From Polaromonas sp. (GTDB lineage Bacteria > Pseudomonadota > Gammaproteobacteria > Burkholderiales > Burkholderiaceae_C), in the NCBI GenBank assembly GCA_046154065.1, contig JBJXEI010000125.1:43285-107284 (forward strand): a DNA stretch of 64,000 nt. Direction: 5' to 3'. This document shows positions 23,525 to 35,105 of this stretch, one piece after another. How positions within the stretch are numbered: the stretch's first letter is position 1; the number at the start of each line of letters is the position of its first letter. The notes beneath the pieces were generated by a model. The model searched no databases. It was given only the letters and a program-made list of their open reading frames with translations, and was not told the origin of the DNA. The position numbers were made by a program, and so were the translations under genes.

Positions 23525-24412
23525 TCAGATGTCTGTGTGTTTGCCGGCGTAGTCGCGGGCAAACTGATAGGCCACGCGGCCACTGCGGGAGCCACGCTCC
23601 AGCGCCCAGACCAACGCCGCTGGGCGCGCTTGGGCGATGGCGTCTGCCGACACCCCGAACGACGACAACCACTGCGCGGTGATGGTCAGGTACTCGTCCT
23701 GGCTGAACGGATAAAAGCTGACCCACAGGCCAAACCGCTCGGACAGGGAAATCTTTTCCTCGACCACCTCACCGGGGTGGACCTCGCCGTCCTCGGTGTG
23801 GGTGTAGGTCAGGTTCTCGGTCATGTACTCGGGCAACAGATGCCGGCGGTTGCTGGTGGCGTAAATCAGCACATTGGGCGTGGCTGCCGCGACCGAGCCG
23901 TCCAGAATCGATTTGAGCGCCTTGTAGCCGGGCTCGCCTTCTTCAAAACTCAGGTCATCACAAAACACGATGAATTTTTCGGGCAGACCGGATACGACAT
24001 CGACGATGTCGGGCAGGTCCACCAGGTCCGCCTTGTCGACCTCGATGAGGCGCAGGCCGCGGGCGGAATACTCGTTCAGGCAGGCCTTGATCAGCGACGA
24101 CTTACCGGTGCCGCGTGAGCCGGTCAGCAGCACGTTGTTGGCGGGTCGGCCGCTGACAAACTGCTCGGTGTTGCGGCGGATTTTTTCTTTCTGGTCGCTG
24201 ATTTCTTTCAGATCATCAAGCCGCATCTCGCCGATGTGCCGCACCGGCTCCAGCGTGCCGTGGCCCGACGACCGCTTGCGGTAACGAAACGCGACCGAGC
24301 CGCTCCAGTCAGGGGCACGCAGTGGCTGCGGCAACACCGACTCGATGCGACTCACCAGGGATTCGACGCGCGCCATCAGGCGCGCCAACGGCTCGGTGTG
24401 CTGTTCGTTCAT
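23525..24412 (-). CDS. AAA+ ATP-binding protein (DUF815 family)
   Basis: ANNVLLTGSRGTGKSS, FCDDLSF, YATSNRRHL, SLSERFGL. Confidence 0.9.
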   Translation of the reverse strand: MNEQHTEPLARLMARVESLVSRIESVLPQPLRAPDWSGSVAFRYRKRSSGHGTLEPVRHIGEMRLDDLKEISDQKEKIRRNTEQFVSGRPANNVLLTGSRGTGKSSLIKACLNEYSARGLRLIEVDKADLVDLPDIVDVVSGLPEKFIVFCDDLSFEEGEPGYKALKSILDGSVAAATPNVLIYATSNRRHLLPEYMTENLTYTHTEDGEVHPGEVVEEKISLSERFGLWVSFYPFSQDEYLTITAQWLSSFGVSADAIAQARPAALVWALERGSRSGRVAYQFARDYAGKHTDI

Positions 24413-24421
24413 GCGCGGGGC

Positions 24422-25663
24422 TCAGCTGCGGTAGTCGGCGTTGATCTTGACGTAGTCGTAGGACAGGTCACAGGTCCAGACGGTGTCCGACGCCTCACCC
24501 CGGCCCAGGAGCACTCTCACGGTGATCTCGCTTTGCTTCATCACGCGCTGGCCGTCGGCCTCCACGTAGTCGGCATGGCGGCCCCCGTTTTTGGCAACCA
24601 GCACGTCGTCCAGGTACAAATCGATCCTGGTCTGGTCCAGGTCGCCAATGCCAGCGTAGCCCACGGCCGCCAGAATGCGGCCCAGGTTAGGGTCGCTGGC
24701 AAAAAAGGCGGTTTTCACCAGCGGTGAATGGGCAATCGCGTAGGCCACCTGGCGGCACTCCGCACTGGATTGGCCGCCCTCCACCGTGATGGTGATGAAT
24801 TTGGTGGCGCCTTCACCGTCCCGCACGATGGCCTGCGCCAACTGGCGGGCGATGTCCAGCATGGCATGGAACAGCACTTGGCCGTCGGCACTGCCCCAGG
24901 CGGTGATGGGCGCATGCGCGGCCTTTTGCGTGGCGACCACCACAAACGAGTCGTTGGTGGACGTGTCGCCGTCCACCGTGGCCCGGTTGAACGAGCCTTC
25001 GGCCAACGTCAGCGCCAGCTCCGCCATCATGGCCTGGGACACGCAAGCATCGGTGGCCATGAACCCCAGCATGGTCGCCATGTTCGGGCGGATCATGCCC
25101 GCGCCCTTGCTGATGCCCGTGATGGTCACGGGCACACCGCCCAGCATGATCTGGCGGGAAAACGCCTTGGGCACGGTGTCGGTGGTCATGATGGCCAGAG
25201 CGGCATCGGCCCAGCTGTCAGCCCGCGCCTGGGCAATTGCGGCAGGCAGGCCTGCGGCGATGCGGTCGTGCGGCAGGGGTTCCATGATGACGCCCGTGGA
25301 AAACGGCAGCACCTGCTCGGGCGCGATGTTCAATTCACGCGCCAGCGCGATGCAGCAGGCATGGGCCCGGCTCAGGCCGTCGTCGCCGGTGCCCGCATTG
25401 GCGTTGCCTGTGTTGATCAGCATGGCGCGAACGCCGTGGCTCTGGCCAGCGTTTTTAGCCAGATGGTCACGGCAAATTTGCACGGGGGCAGCGCAAAAAC
25501 GGTTTTGCGTGAACACGGCACCCACGGTGGAGCCTTCGTCGAGCAATAACACGGCCAAGTCCTTGCGGTTGGCCTTGCGGATACCCGCTTCGGTGATACC
25601 CCAGCGCACACCGGGCACGGGATGAAGGTCAGCGGCGGGGGTGGCAACCAGGTTGACGGGCAT
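24422..25663 (-). CDS. argJ: Bifunctional ornithine acetyltransferase / N-acetylglutamate synthase
   Basis: [29 protein letters not shown]. Confidence 0.97.
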   Translation of the reverse strand: MPVNLVATPAADLHPVPGVRWGITEAGIRKANRKDLAVLLLDEGSTVGAVFTQNRFCAAPVQICRDHLAKNAGQSHGVRAMLINTGNANAGTGDDGLSRAHACCIALARELNIAPEQVLPFSTGVIMEPLPHDRIAAGLPAAIAQARADSWADAALAIMTTDTVPKAFSRQIMLGGVPVTITGISKGAGMIRPNMATMLGFMATDACVSQAMMAELALTLAEGSFNRATVDGDTSTNDSFVVVATQKAAHAPITAWGSADGQVLFHAMLDIARQLAQAIVRDGEGATKFITITVEGGQSSAECRQVAYAIAHSPLVKTAFFASDPNLGRILAAVGYAGIGDLDQTRIDLYLDDVLVAKNGGRHADYVEADGQRVMKQSEITVRVLLGRGEASDTVWTCDLSYDYVKINADYRS

Positions 25664-25709
25664 GCAAAAGCTCCAGCGGTTCAGGACAAGGGGCGGGGAA
25701 GAGGCGTGT

Positions 25710-28493
25710 TCAGCTCAGCTTGCCGTGGCAGAGCTTGTATTTTTGGCCGGAGCCGCACGGGCAGGGGTCGTTGCGGCCCACACGGGGCATCTGCTCGGCG
25801 AGATCGCCAGCTGTTTGTGCCGGCCGACGGTCCTCACTGACGGCCGTCACCTCGACCTCGCCCGTTTCAGTCGGCGCGGTGTAGGTGATGTTGGAAATGC
25901 TTTCTGCCCGGTTTTCCATCTCTTCGGCCGCTTGTTCGAGCTGCTCGCCCGACTGGATCTTGACAGTCATCAGCACCTTAGTGACTTCGTTTTTCACGCT
26001 GTCCAGCAGCTGGCCGAAAAGCTCAAACGCTTCGCGTTTGTATTCCTGCTTGGGCTGCTTCTGCGCGTAGCCCCGCAGATGAATACCCTGACGCAAGTAA
26101 TCCAGTGCGCTGAGGTGTTCACGCCAATGCGTGTCGATGCTTTGCAGCAACACCACCCGCTCAAACTGAATGAAGTTTTCTTCACCAATGGCGTCCACCT
26201 TGGCATTGAAAGCGGCATGGGCCGCAGCCACGACTTTTTCAACCACTTCATCATCGGTGATGGCGGTGGCGGACTCCAGCTCGGCAGCCAACGGCAGATC
26301 GATTTGCCACTCGTCCCGCAACACCTTCTCCAAGCCAGCCACATCCCACTGCTCTTCCACGCTTTCAGCCGGCACGTACTGGCGCGTCAGGTCGTTGAAA
26401 CAGCCTTCGCGCAACGAGGCAATCTGGCCGGCGAGGTTGTCGGCGTCCATGATGTCGTTGCGCTGCTGGTAGATCACCTTGCGCTGGTCGTTGGCAACGT
26501 CGTCGTACTCCAGCAGCTGCTTGCGCACATCAAAGTTGCGGGCCTCCACCTTGCGCTGGGCCGACTCGATGCTGCGGGTCACGATGCCAGCCTCAATGGC
26601 TTCACCGTCGGGCATTTTGAGCCGCTCCATGATGGCCTTGACGCGGTCGCCCGCAAAAATGCGCATCAGCGGATCGTCCAGGCTCAGGTAGAAACGGGAC
26701 GACCCGGTGTCGCCCTGTCGGCCCGAGCGGCCGCGCAGCTGGTTGTCAATGCGGCGTGACTCGTGGCGTTCGGTCGCGATGATGCGCAAACCGCCCAACG
26801 CCAGCACCTGCTCGTGCTCTGCTTTCCACTGCGCGCGCAGACGGGCGATTTCAGCGTCTTTTGCGGCGGCATCCAACGCCTCGTCAGAGGCAACGGCCTC
26901 GATGAGTTTTTCCACGTTGCCACCCAGCACGATGTCCGTTCCACGGCCCGCCATGTTGGTGGCAATGGTGATCATTTGCGGGCGACCGGCCTGGGCCACG
27001 ATGTCGGCTTCACGGGCGTGCTGTTTGGCATTCAGCACCTGGTGAGGCAGGTTTTCCTTGATCAGCAACTGATCAATGATTTCCGAATTTTCAATGGACG
27101 TGGTGCCCACCAGCACAGGCTGGCCGCGCTCGTAACACTCCCGGATGTCCTTGATCGCCGCTTCGTATTTTTCCCGGGTGGTTTTGTAAACCCGGTCCAG
27201 CTGGTCGTCGCGTCGGCTGATGCGGTTTGGAGGGATGACCGTGGTCTCCAGGCCGTAGATTTCCTGAAACTCGAAGGCCTCGGTGTCGGCGGTGCCCGTC
27301 ATGCCGGCCAGCTTGCTGTACAGCCGGAAGTAGTTCTGGAACGTGATGGACGCCAGCGTCTGGTTCTCAGCCTGGATCTGCACACCTTCCTTGGCCTCCA
27401 CCGCCTGGTGCAGGCCATCACTCCAGCGGCGGCCCGACATCAGGCGGCCGGTGAATTCATCAACGATCACCACTTCTGAGCCCTCATCCCCCTGCTGCAC
27501 CACATAGTGCTGGTCACGGTGGTAGAGCAAATTGGCGCGCAAGGCGGCGTACAAGTGGTGCATCAACGAGATGTTGGACGGGTCGTACAGCGTGGCACCC
27601 TCAGCGATCAGGCCCATCTTGAACAGCAGTTCTTCGGCGTTCTCGTGGCCTTGTTCGGTCAGAAACACCTGGTGCGTTTTTTCATCAATCGTGTAGTCGC
27701 CGGGCTGGGTCACACCCTCCCCGGTTCTCGGGTCCGCTTCGCCTTCCTGCTTGACCAGCAGCGGCACCACCTTGTTCATGGCGATGTACATCTCGGTGTG
27801 GTCTTCGGCCTGCCCGCTGATGATGAGCGGCGTGCGCGCCTCGTCGATCAGGATGGAGTCAACCTCGTCGACGATGGCGAAGTTCAAGCCGCGCTGAACG
27901 CGGTCGGCGACTTCGTACACCATGTTGTCACGCAGGTAATCAAACCCGAACTCGTTGTTCGTACCGTACGTGATATCGGCCTGATAAGCCTGCTGCTTTT
28001 CCTCACGCGGCATGTTGGGCAAATTAATACCCACGCTCAGCCCCAGGAAGTTGTAGAGCTTGCCCATCCAACGCGCGTCCCGGCTGGCCAGGTAGTCGTT
28101 GACGGTCACCACATGCACGCCCTGCCCGGTCAAGGCATTGAGATAAACCGGCAGCGTGGCCGTCAGCGTTTTGCCTTCGCCGGTGCGCATCTCGGAGATC
28201 TTCCCGTTGTGCAGCGACATGCCACCCAGCAGTTGGACATCAAAATGCCGCATCTTCATCACCCGCTTGCCGCCTTCACGCACCACGGAAAACGCTTCTG
28301 CCAACACCATGTCAAGAGACTCTCCTGCAGCGACACGGCGTTTGAAATCCTGCGTCTTATCACGCAGTTGGTCGTCGCTCAGCTTCTCATAGTCTGCTTC
28401 AAGGCCATTGATTTGATCGATGGTTTTACGGTACGTTTTGAGCAAGCGGTCGTTGCGGCTGCCGAAAATTTTGGTCAGGATATTGGAGGCCAT
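25710..28493 (-). CDS. secA: Preprotein translocase ATPase
   Basis: [34 protein letters not shown]-terminal CPCGSG zinc motif. Confidence 0.98.
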   Translation of the reverse strand: MASNILTKIFGSRNDRLLKTYRKTIDQINGLEADYEKLSDDQLRDKTQDFKRRVAAGESLDMVLAEAFSVVREGGKRVMKMRHFDVQLLGGMSLHNGKISEMRTGEGKTLTATLPVYLNALTGQGVHVVTVNDYLASRDARWMGKLYNFLGLSVGINLPNMPREEKQQAYQADITYGTNNEFGFDYLRDNMVYEVADRVQRGLNFAIVDEVDSILIDEARTPLIISGQAEDHTEMYIAMNKVVPLLVKQEGEADPRTGEGVTQPGDYTIDEKTHQVFLTEQGHENAEELLFKMGLIAEGATLYDPSNISLMHHLYAALRANLLYHRDQHYVVQQGDEGSEVVIVDEFTGRLMSGRRWSDGLHQAVEAKEGVQIQAENQTLASITFQNYFRLYSKLAGMTGTADTEAFEFQEIYGLETTVIPPNRISRRDDQLDRVYKTTREKYEAAIKDIRECYERGQPVLVGTTSIENSEIIDQLLIKENLPHQVLNAKQHAREADIVAQAGRPQMITIATNMAGRGTDIVLGGNVEKLIEAVASDEALDAAAKDAEIARLRAQWKAEHEQVLALGGLRIIATERHESRRIDNQLRGRSGRQGDTGSSRFYLSLDDPLMRIFAGDRVKAIMERLKMPDGEAIEAGIVTRSIESAQRKVEARNFDVRKQLLEYDDVANDQRKVIYQQRNDIMDADNLAGQIASLREGCFNDLTRQYVPAESVEEQWDVAGLEKVLRDEWQIDLPLAAELESATAITDDEVVEKVVAAAHAAFNAKVDAIGEENFIQFERVVLLQSIDTHWREHLSALDYLRQGIHLRGYAQKQPKQEYKREAFELFGQLLDSVKNEVTKVLMTVKIQSGEQLEQAAEEMENRAESISNITYTAPTETGEVEVTAVSEDRRPAQTAGDLAEQMPRVGRNDPCPCGSGQKYKLCHGKLS

Positions 28494-28651
28494 ACGTGCG
28501 AGGCCGCTGTCGTCCACCCAAAAGGACAAACACAGCAGCCGAGATCCCTTAATTGATACGGACTTTAGGTGCGGGTGCCAGCCGGTAGTTCAACCGGGGC
28601 GAAACCTACTGAGTTTAACCGTGCAGCAGCAATGCACAGCATAGGCCGCTG

Positions 28652-29587
28652 TCAGCGCACAGCCAGCGAGGGAGCGGACATTTGCCGACCCGCGCGCAAA
28701 AACTTCTGCGGATCCTGGTAGATGCCATCGACCAGCACCTCAAAGTGAAGGTGCGGCCCGGTCGATCGGCCTGTGCTGCCGACTTCGGCAATTTTCTGGC
28801 CCCGTTTGACCAGATCACCTTTTTTGACGAGCACCCTGGAGGCATGAGCGTAACGAGTGACCAGATCATTCCCGTGGTCCACTTCCAACATGTTGCCATA
28901 GGCTTGGTGGTACTCCTGGGTCACAACCACCCCGCCAGCAGCCGCGAGGATGGGGGTGCCCGTATCAGACGGGAAATCCAGCCCGGTGTGCAGCGCCGAC
29001 CGACCGTTCATCGGATCGATTCGCCAGCCAAAGGCAGATCCCAGATTGCCGCCTGCCACGGGTTCCTGGGTAGGAACCATCAATTTTTTGATCTTCTGGT
29101 CAAACAGGCGAGACTCCATGACAGTCATCAAGTCGACACGCTGGTCGGTCAGCTGATCCAGGTCGTTGAGTGTGGCCTGCAACTCCTGCATCGACAAGGA
29201 GTGCCCGCCAATCAGCGCACCGCCACTGCCAGGCATTTTTTTGAACTCTCCGGAACTAACCCCCGCAAGACCCGAAACTCGCTCACCCAGAGCCTCAAGC
29301 TGCATCATCTTGGCCTGCATTTCGCCCAAACGTTTAGCCATTACGTCAATGTTTTCACGCATGAAGCGATCGCGTTGCTCCGCCTCATCCTTGACGACCA
29401 TCTTTACCAGAGACCCCACCACGGGCCATCCTTCACGAGCCCCCTTCAGAAAAACCCAGTGGTACAAGGCAGCAGCCACCAGCATCAAAACCAAGGAAGC
29501 CAGTCCGGCGGCCAGCAACAGGCGGGTACCGCTGAGGTAGATGGCACGACTTCTGGCGAGCCACGCATCCGTGATAATTACATGCAC
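28652..29587 (-). CDS. M23 family metallopeptidase
   Basis: HTGLD and HLHFEV motifs; coiled coil; upstream of secA. Confidence 0.92.
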   Translation of the reverse strand: MHVIITDAWLARSRAIYLSGTRLLLAAGLASLVLMLVAAALYHWVFLKGAREGWPVVGSLVKMVVKDEAEQRDRFMRENIDVMAKRLGEMQAKMMQLEALGERVSGLAGVSSGEFKKMPGSGGALIGGHSLSMQELQATLNDLDQLTDQRVDLMTVMESRLFDQKIKKLMVPTQEPVAGGNLGSAFGWRIDPMNGRSALHTGLDFPSDTGTPILAAAGGVVVTQEYHQAYGNMLEVDHGNDLVTRYAHASRVLVKKGDLVKRGQKIAEVGSTGRSTGPHLHFEVLVDGIYQDPQKFLRAGRQMSAPSLAVR

Positions 29588-29636
29588 ACGATTTCCTCTT
29601 TAAACGCTGGCCCCAGCCCGCCAGACACTGCAAACC

Positions 29637-29954
29637 TTGAACACATTCAGACGCCTTCCCCTGGCCCTCACCGCCCTAGAAGCGGCCGAAAATGCGCCTG
29701 CCTTGGCTCAATTGGCCCGTCTGCTCAAGGAGTCCACCAGCAGATTGAAGGCCATTCAACCCCTGGTGCCGATGGCGTTGCGACAAGCCATTCAGCCTGG
29801 GCCCGTTGACGACAAGAACTGGTGCCTGCTGGTCAACAGTGCAGCCGCCAGTGCAAAAATCCGGCAACTCATTCCTGCCATGGAGCGCAGCTTGGCAGAC
29901 CAAGGGTGGAAGCCCCTGCAGATTCGTTTGAAAATTCTCGTCACAAAAAAATAA
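29637..29954 (+). CDS. Putative DciA/DUF721-like protein
   Basis: WCLLV.SAAASAKIRQL.P pattern; divergent from the M23-secA unit. Confidence 0.65.
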   Translation: MNTFRRLPLALTALEAAENAPALAQLARLLKESTSRLKAIQPLVPMALRQAIQPGPVDDKNWCLLVNSAAASAKIRQLIPAMERSLADQGWKPLQIRLKILVTKK

Positions 29955-29975
29955 ACCGCTCTGGGAGCGGTATTT
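29945..29975 (-). terminator. Probable terminator hairpin downstream of the tRNA
   Basis: ACCGCTC-tgg-GAGCGGT preceded by an A-run on + (U-run on -). Confidence 0.55.
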
Positions 29976-29998
29976 AATCTTTTTGGTTTGGCTAAAAA

Positions 29999-30074
29999 TG
30001 GTGCCGCTTGTCGGAATCGAACTGACGACCTACCGCTTACAAGGCGGTTGCTCTACCAACTGAGCTAAAGCGGC
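29999..30074 (-). tRNA. tRNA-Thr(TGT)
   Basis: Reverse complement GCCGCTTTAGCTCAGTTGGTAGAGCAACCGCCTTGTAAGCGGTAGGTCGTCAGTTCGATTCCGACAAGCGGCACCA: 76 nt cloverleaf, anticodon TGT, encoded CCA. Confidence 0.96.
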
Positions 30075-30086
30075 ACAAGTGATAGT

Positions 30087-30623
30087 TTACTTCACCCGCG
30101 TGAGAGAAGGACGGGGGCGAGTGGGTGGTTTCGGTGAATCTTCAGAATTTGGAGCGTTCAAAGGAACATCTTCACCTGACTCAGGAACGAGCTGCATGAT
30201 TTTTTCATCGCGCAGTGAAACCGGGTTGCCAACGTCGCCAGCAGCCACTTCAGGGCCGTCCCCTTCATCACTGGTTCGGTGCGTGGCCGGAGCTCCGCCC
30301 ACGGACAACATCGGAAACGACATACCCTGCCCGTTTTCACGGGCGTAAATGGCCATCACATGTGTCATGGGCACCATGATTTCACGCGCGCTGCCCGCAA
30401 ACCGCGCCTTGAATTCAATGAAATCGTTGCCAAGCTGCAGGGAACTGGTCGCGTCAAAACTGATGTTCAACACGATTTCATTGTTCTTTACGAATTCACG
30501 TGGAACTTGCACAGTGTCATCGACCAGCACCGCCACGTAGGGCGTAAAACCGTTGTCAGTACACCATTCATACAATGCCCTCACGAGGTAAGGGCGCGTC
30601 GAGGTAGCTTCAGGCGGGGTCAT
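30087..30623 (-). CDS. sspB: ClpXP specificity-enhancing factor
   Basis: STRPYLVRALYEWCTDNGFTPY, IYARENGQG, C-terminal LTRVK ClpX-binding tail. Confidence 0.96.
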   Translation of the reverse strand: MTPPEATSTRPYLVRALYEWCTDNGFTPYVAVLVDDTVQVPREFVKNNEIVLNISFDATSSLQLGNDFIEFKARFAGSAREIMVPMTHVMAIYARENGQGMSFPMLSVGGAPATHRTSDEGDGPEVAAGDVGNPVSLRDEKIMQLVPESGEDVPLNAPNSEDSPKPPTRPRPSLTRVK

Positions 30624-30650
30624 CACAGCAGTCAATGTCAGGCAGTCCGA

Positions 30651-31262
30651 TTATTTACGCATGACTTTTTCAGACGGCGTCAGCGCTTCAATGTAGGCAG
30701 GCCGCGAAAAAATACGCTCGGCATATTTGAGCAGCGGGGCTGCATTTTTGGACAGGTCGATGTCGTAGTAGTCCAAGCGCCAAAGCAATGGCGCTATGGC
30801 GACGTCCAGCATCGAGAAATTGTCCCCCAGCATGAATTTATTCTTCAGGAAAATCGGGGCCAACTGGGTCAGGCGGTCACGCACGTGGGAACGGGCTTTT
30901 TCAAGCGCTTTCTCATTGCCTTTGGCAGCGCGCGACTCCAGCGTGCTGACATGCACAAACAGTTCTTTCTCAAAATTGAGCAAAAACAGGCGCACGCGGG
31001 CTCGGTCAACCGGGTCACCAGGCATCAATTGAGGATGTGGGAAGCGTTCATCAATATATTCGTTGATGATGTTGGACTCGTACAAAATCAGATCACGCTC
31101 GACCAGAATGGGTACCTGCCCATAAGGATTCATCACACTGATATCTTCGGGCTTGTTGTACAGGTCAACATCCCGAATCTCAAAGTCCATTCCTTTTTCA
31201 AACAAGACAAAGCGGCAGCGGTGCGAAAAAGGGCAGGTTGTGCCTGAATAAAGGACCATCAT
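30651..31262 (-). CDS. sspA: Stringent starvation protein A (GST-like)
   Basis: MMVLYSGTTCPFSHR, YIDERFPHPQLMP; petC-sspA-sspB synteny. Confidence 0.95.
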   Translation of the reverse strand: MMVLYSGTTCPFSHRCRFVLFEKGMDFEIRDVDLYNKPEDISVMNPYGQVPILVERDLILYESNIINEYIDERFPHPQLMPGDPVDRARVRLFLLNFEKELFVHVSTLESRAAKGNEKALEKARSHVRDRLTQLAPIFLKNKFMLGDNFSMLDVAIAPLLWRLDYYDIDLSKNAAPLLKYAERIFSRPAYIEALTPSEKVMRK

Positions 31263-31376
31263 GATTCGGAACTCCTGAAAACAAAAAAGTGGCACCCAGG
31301 ACGTGTTCCTTGAAGGTGGCCACTCCGAAGAGAGGGGTGCCCCTTGATAAGGCACACCAGCGAGAACTACACAGCG

Positions 31377-32144
31377 TTACTTGATATCTTTCCAAAAGGC
31401 GGCATTCAAGCGCCAAGCCGCAAATGTCAGCAACAACAAGAACATCAACACCCACACGCCAATTCGAACGCGCGTATTTTGGGCGGGCTCGGCCATCCAT
31501 TGCAAATAACCTACCAGGTCACCCATCGCTTGGTCGAACTGCAGAGGTGTCATGGTGCCAGGCGTCAATTGTTCCCAACTTTTGAATGAGGCCGTTTTCA
31601 CACCGTGGCTTTCGTGTTCTTCGAACACTGCCTTGCGTTGACCCTGCAACTCCCACAGCACGTGTGGCATGCCGACATTGGGATAAGCCAGATTGTTCCA
31701 GCCAGTGGCCTTGGTATCGTCCCGGTAATAGGTGCGCAAATAGGTGTAGAGGTAATCAGCACCGGTACCACCTGCCCCCGCCCTGGAGCGCGCAATCACC
31801 GTCAGATCAGGCGGATTGCCACCAAACCAGTCTTTGGCCTGCTTGGGATCCATCGCAACTTTCATGGTTTCTCCCACTTTTTCGGTGGTGAAAAGCAAGT
31901 TGTCCTTGACCTGCTGGTCGCTGAGTCCGATGTCCTTGAGGCGGTTAAAGCGCATGAAGGCAGCCGAGTGGCAATTCAAGCAGTAATTGACAAACAGTTT
32001 GGCTCCATTTTGGAGAGCAGCCAAATCGTTGGTCTTGTTGGGCGCCTTGTCCCAGACCACACCACCTTCACTGGCATGCGCGCTTACCGAAATGCCAAGG
32101 GCCGCGATAAGGGCAAACAGGGTATTGGAAATCAGTTTTTTCAT
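31377..32144 (-). CDS. petC: Cytochrome c1
   Basis: CLNCH heme motif, PPDL, C-terminal TM anchor. Confidence 0.96.
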   Translation of the reverse strand: MKKLISNTLFALIAALGISVSAHASEGGVVWDKAPNKTNDLAALQNGAKLFVNYCLNCHSAAFMRFNRLKDIGLSDQQVKDNLLFTTEKVGETMKVAMDPKQAKDWFGGNPPDLTVIARSRAGAGGTGADYLYTYLRTYYRDDTKATGWNNLAYPNVGMPHVLWELQGQRKAVFEEHESHGVKTASFKSWEQLTPGTMTPLQFDQAMGDLVGYLQWMAEPAQNTRVRIGVWVLMFLLLLTFAAWRLNAAFWKDIK

Positions 32145-32159
32145 GTGAATGGCCCCCGC

Positions 32160-33569
32160 TCAGTGGGCGGCAAAAGTGACACGGGATGGAACCGGCTTGA
32201 ACGCGCCCAGCTTGCTCCACCACGGCATCAGGATGAAAAAGCCGAAATAAAACAGCGTTCCGATTTGAGAAACACGCTCACCAATAGGTGATGGAGGCTG
32301 CACACCTAGGTAGCCCAGCACCAGAAAATTGATCACGAAAATGCCGTAGAGGTATTTATTCCAGCTCGGACGGTAGCGAATCGACTTGACTTGACTGTGA
32401 TCAAGCCAGGGCAAGAAAAACAGGATCACCACAGCCCCCCCCATGACCACCACACCCCAAAACTTGGCATCGATCATCAACATGGCGGCAATCGCACCGG
32501 CGGCAACCGCCACGATGACCAACTTGAACAGAGCCGCCATCTTGGTTTTGGCCACAGCGAGCACGGCGCCAGCCACCACGCAGGCGATCAGCGCGTACAT
32601 CATCTCGCTGGTGATGGCACGCAGCATGGAATAGTACGGCGTGAAGTACCAGACCGGTGCGATGTGCGCAGGCGTCTTCAATGGGTCGGCCGGAATGAAA
32701 TTGTTGTATTCCAGAAAGTAGCCGCCGAACTCAGGGGCTAGGAAAATGATGGCGGTGAACACCATCAGGAACATGCTGACCGCAAAAATGTCGTGAACGG
32801 TGTAGTAAGGGTGAAACGGAATACCGTCCACTGGGTGACCCGCGGCATCTTTCGGCGCGTCCGGCCCCTTGATCTCAACACCGTCAGGGTTGTTGGAGCC
32901 GACTTCGTGCAGTGCAATGATATGAGCCGCCACGAGACCCAGCAACACCAGAGGTACCGCAATCACGTGAAAGGCAAAAAAGCGGTTCAGCGTGGCGTCC
33001 CCCACCACATAGTCACCACGGATCAGCAACGCCAAATCAGGGCCGATGAACGGGATGGCTGCGAACAAGTTCACAATCACCTGAGCACCCCAGTAGCTCA
33101 TCTGGCCCCAGGGCAGTAAATAGCCCATGAAGGCTTCGGCCATCAGGCACAGGAAAATAGCACAACCAAAAACCCAGATCAATTCGCGAGGCTTGCGGTA
33201 GCTGCCGTAGATCAAGCCGCGGAACATGTGCAGGTACACCACCACAAAAAATGCCGACGCACCGGTGGAGTGCATGTAACGAATCAGCCAGCCCCAGGGC
33301 ACGTCCCGCATGATGTATTCGACAGAGCCAAACGCCAAAGCCGCATCAGGCTTGTAGTGCATGGTCAAAAAGATACCGGTGGTGATCTGAATCACCAGCA
33401 CCAGCAAGGCCAGCGAGCCAAACATGTACCAGAAGTTGAAATTTTTGGGCGCGTAGTACTCGCTCAAATGCTCTTTGTACAGCTTGCTGGCGGGGAAACG
33501 GTTATCGACCCAGGTCATTGCTTTTTCGGCAAATGGGGCGTTGGCAGGAGATTCTTTGAAGGCAGCCAT
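32160..33569 (-). CDS. petB: Cytochrome b
   Basis: GYLLPWGQMSYWG, PVWY (PEWY-equivalent), heme-ligand histidines. Confidence 0.97.
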   Translation of the reverse strand: MAAFKESPANAPFAEKAMTWVDNRFPASKLYKEHLSEYYAPKNFNFWYMFGSLALLVLVIQITTGIFLTMHYKPDAALAFGSVEYIMRDVPWGWLIRYMHSTGASAFFVVVYLHMFRGLIYGSYRKPRELIWVFGCAIFLCLMAEAFMGYLLPWGQMSYWGAQVIVNLFAAIPFIGPDLALLIRGDYVVGDATLNRFFAFHVIAVPLVLLGLVAAHIIALHEVGSNNPDGVEIKGPDAPKDAAGHPVDGIPFHPYYTVHDIFAVSMFLMVFTAIIFLAPEFGGYFLEYNNFIPADPLKTPAHIAPVWYFTPYYSMLRAITSEMMYALIACVVAGAVLAVAKTKMAALFKLVIVAVAAGAIAAMLMIDAKFWGVVVMGGAVVILFFLPWLDHSQVKSIRYRPSWNKYLYGIFVINFLVLGYLGVQPPSPIGERVSQIGTLFYFGFFILMPWWSKLGAFKPVPSRVTFAAH

Positions 33570-33740
33570 GACTGGTCCTTGGGTCAAGTGGGGTTTTGTC
33601 GATCGCCTGAATCAGGTCTGCAGAGTTGTCATGGCCAGATACCCGAAGGTAGGGTCTGGTGAACAATTCATCAGCAAATTTTCAAACGCTGTCGGCACGG
33701 TCTTTGAAGGGTTGGTTCGGAGTGATCCGGCAGAACGCCT

Positions 33741-34379
33741 TCAGGCCTTTTTATCTTCACCAATCAGCAGCCGCGTGTCTGACAGGTACATGTGAGGAGG
33801 CACTTCAAGATTGTCAGGTGCCGGCTTGTTTTTGTAAACGCGGCCCGCCAAATCGAATGTTGAACCGTGGCAAGGACACAAAAAGCCACCCGCCCAGTCG
33901 TTTGGCAGCGAAGGCTGGGCCCCCGTCTGGAACTTGTCCGATGGGGAGCAGCCCAGGTGCGAACAAATGCCAACAACCACCAGCGTTTCAGGTTTGATGG
34001 AGCGGTTCTCGTTGCGGGCATATTCAGGGGTCAACTCGCCCGGCTTGCGCTCTGACTTTGGGTCAGCCAACAAACCATCAACAGTAGGCAGACTCGCCAG
34101 TTGCTCAGGCGTGCGCTTGACGATCCACACAGGTTTACCGCGCCATTCAACGGTGATTTTTTCACCGGGCTTGATGCCCGAAATATCCACCTCAACCGCA
34201 GCGCCAGCAGCTTTGGCACGCTCGGAGGGCTGAAAAGTGCTGACAAAAGGTACAGCGACGGCCGCAGCCCCCACACCACCGACTGCCGCAGTGGCAACGA
34301 TCCAGTTTCTTCTGTCTTTGTTCATCGGTGCTTTATTGGACATGTTGTTTGGCACGCTTTTTTCGCTTGCTTCGGTCAT
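33741..34379 (-). CDS. petA: Ubiquinol-cytochrome c reductase Rieske subunit
   Basis: CSHLGC and CPCHGS motifs; twin-Arg (DRRNW) anchor. Confidence 0.96.
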   Translation of the reverse strand: MTEASEKSVPNNMSNKAPMNKDRRNWIVATAAVGGVGAAAVAVPFVSTFQPSERAKAAGAAVEVDISGIKPGEKITVEWRGKPVWIVKRTPEQLASLPTVDGLLADPKSERKPGELTPEYARNENRSIKPETLVVVGICSHLGCSPSDKFQTGAQPSLPNDWAGGFLCPCHGSTFDLAGRVYKNKPAPDNLEVPPHMYLSDTRLLIGEDKKA

Positions 34380-34674
34380 GGGGATCCTTCAAGAACTGGC
34401 TTGTTGGGGTCAACCTGGCATTGTAGCGGAGGCCATTAGCGCTTTTCAAGCCAAAGCGTGGTGCCAAACCTGAGCTGCAGCGTTTTGGCACCACGGGCCG
34501 CGCGCGTCCAACCTGGGCCGTTTGTGGGGCTGCCAGCAACACTTCAGTGGCATGCATCACGAAATCGGGCAGGCAGGCGCTGCTCGGGCCCTGCCACCCA
34601 GCTGCGGCGCCATAATCTCGCCACCGCAGCGGGCCAGCGGGTCCACAAGCGGCTAACAACACCAGGAGAAAAAC

Positions 34675-35103
34675 ATGGGAATGATGCAGGAATTCAAGGA
34701 ATTTGCGATCAAGGGCAACGTGATTGACTTAGCCGTTGGCGTCATCATCGGCGCAGCATTCGGCAAAATTGTCGAGTCGGTGGTGGGCGACCTGATCATG
34801 CCGATCGTCGGTGCGGTGATCGGAAAAATCGACTTTTCGAACATGTTTGTGGTGATGGGCTCTGTCCCTGCAGGCACAGCCATGACCCTTGATGCCTTGA
34901 AAAAGGCAGGGGTTCCCGTGCTGGCCTATGGCAACTTCATCACTGTCGCGGTCAACTTTGCAATTTTGGCCTTCATCATTTTCCTCATGGTCAAACAGAT
35001 CAACCGCATGAAGAAAAACACGCCGACGGAAGCAGCTGCCCCAGCAGCCACGCCGGAAGACGTGGTGCTGCTGCGCGAAATTCGCGACAGCCTGAAAAAG
35101 TAA
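34675..35103 (+). CDS. mscL: Large-conductance mechanosensitive channel
   Basis: [28 protein letters not shown]. Confidence 0.97.
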   Translation: MGMMQEFKEFAIKGNVIDLAVGVIIGAAFGKIVESVVGDLIMPIVGAVIGKIDFSNMFVVMGSVPAGTAMTLDALKKAGVPVLAYGNFITVAVNFAILAFIIFLMVKQINRMKKNTPTEAAAPAATPEDVVLLREIRDSLKK

Positions 35104-35105
35104 GT

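Noticed and set aside
29999-30074. tRNA-Thr as a possible integration site
   Set aside because: No integrase, no duplicated tRNA 3' end and no foreign genes adjacent.
33570-33740. 171 bp spacer between petA and petB
   Set aside because: Only a weak imperfect hairpin; no match to the repeat families and no credible ORF.
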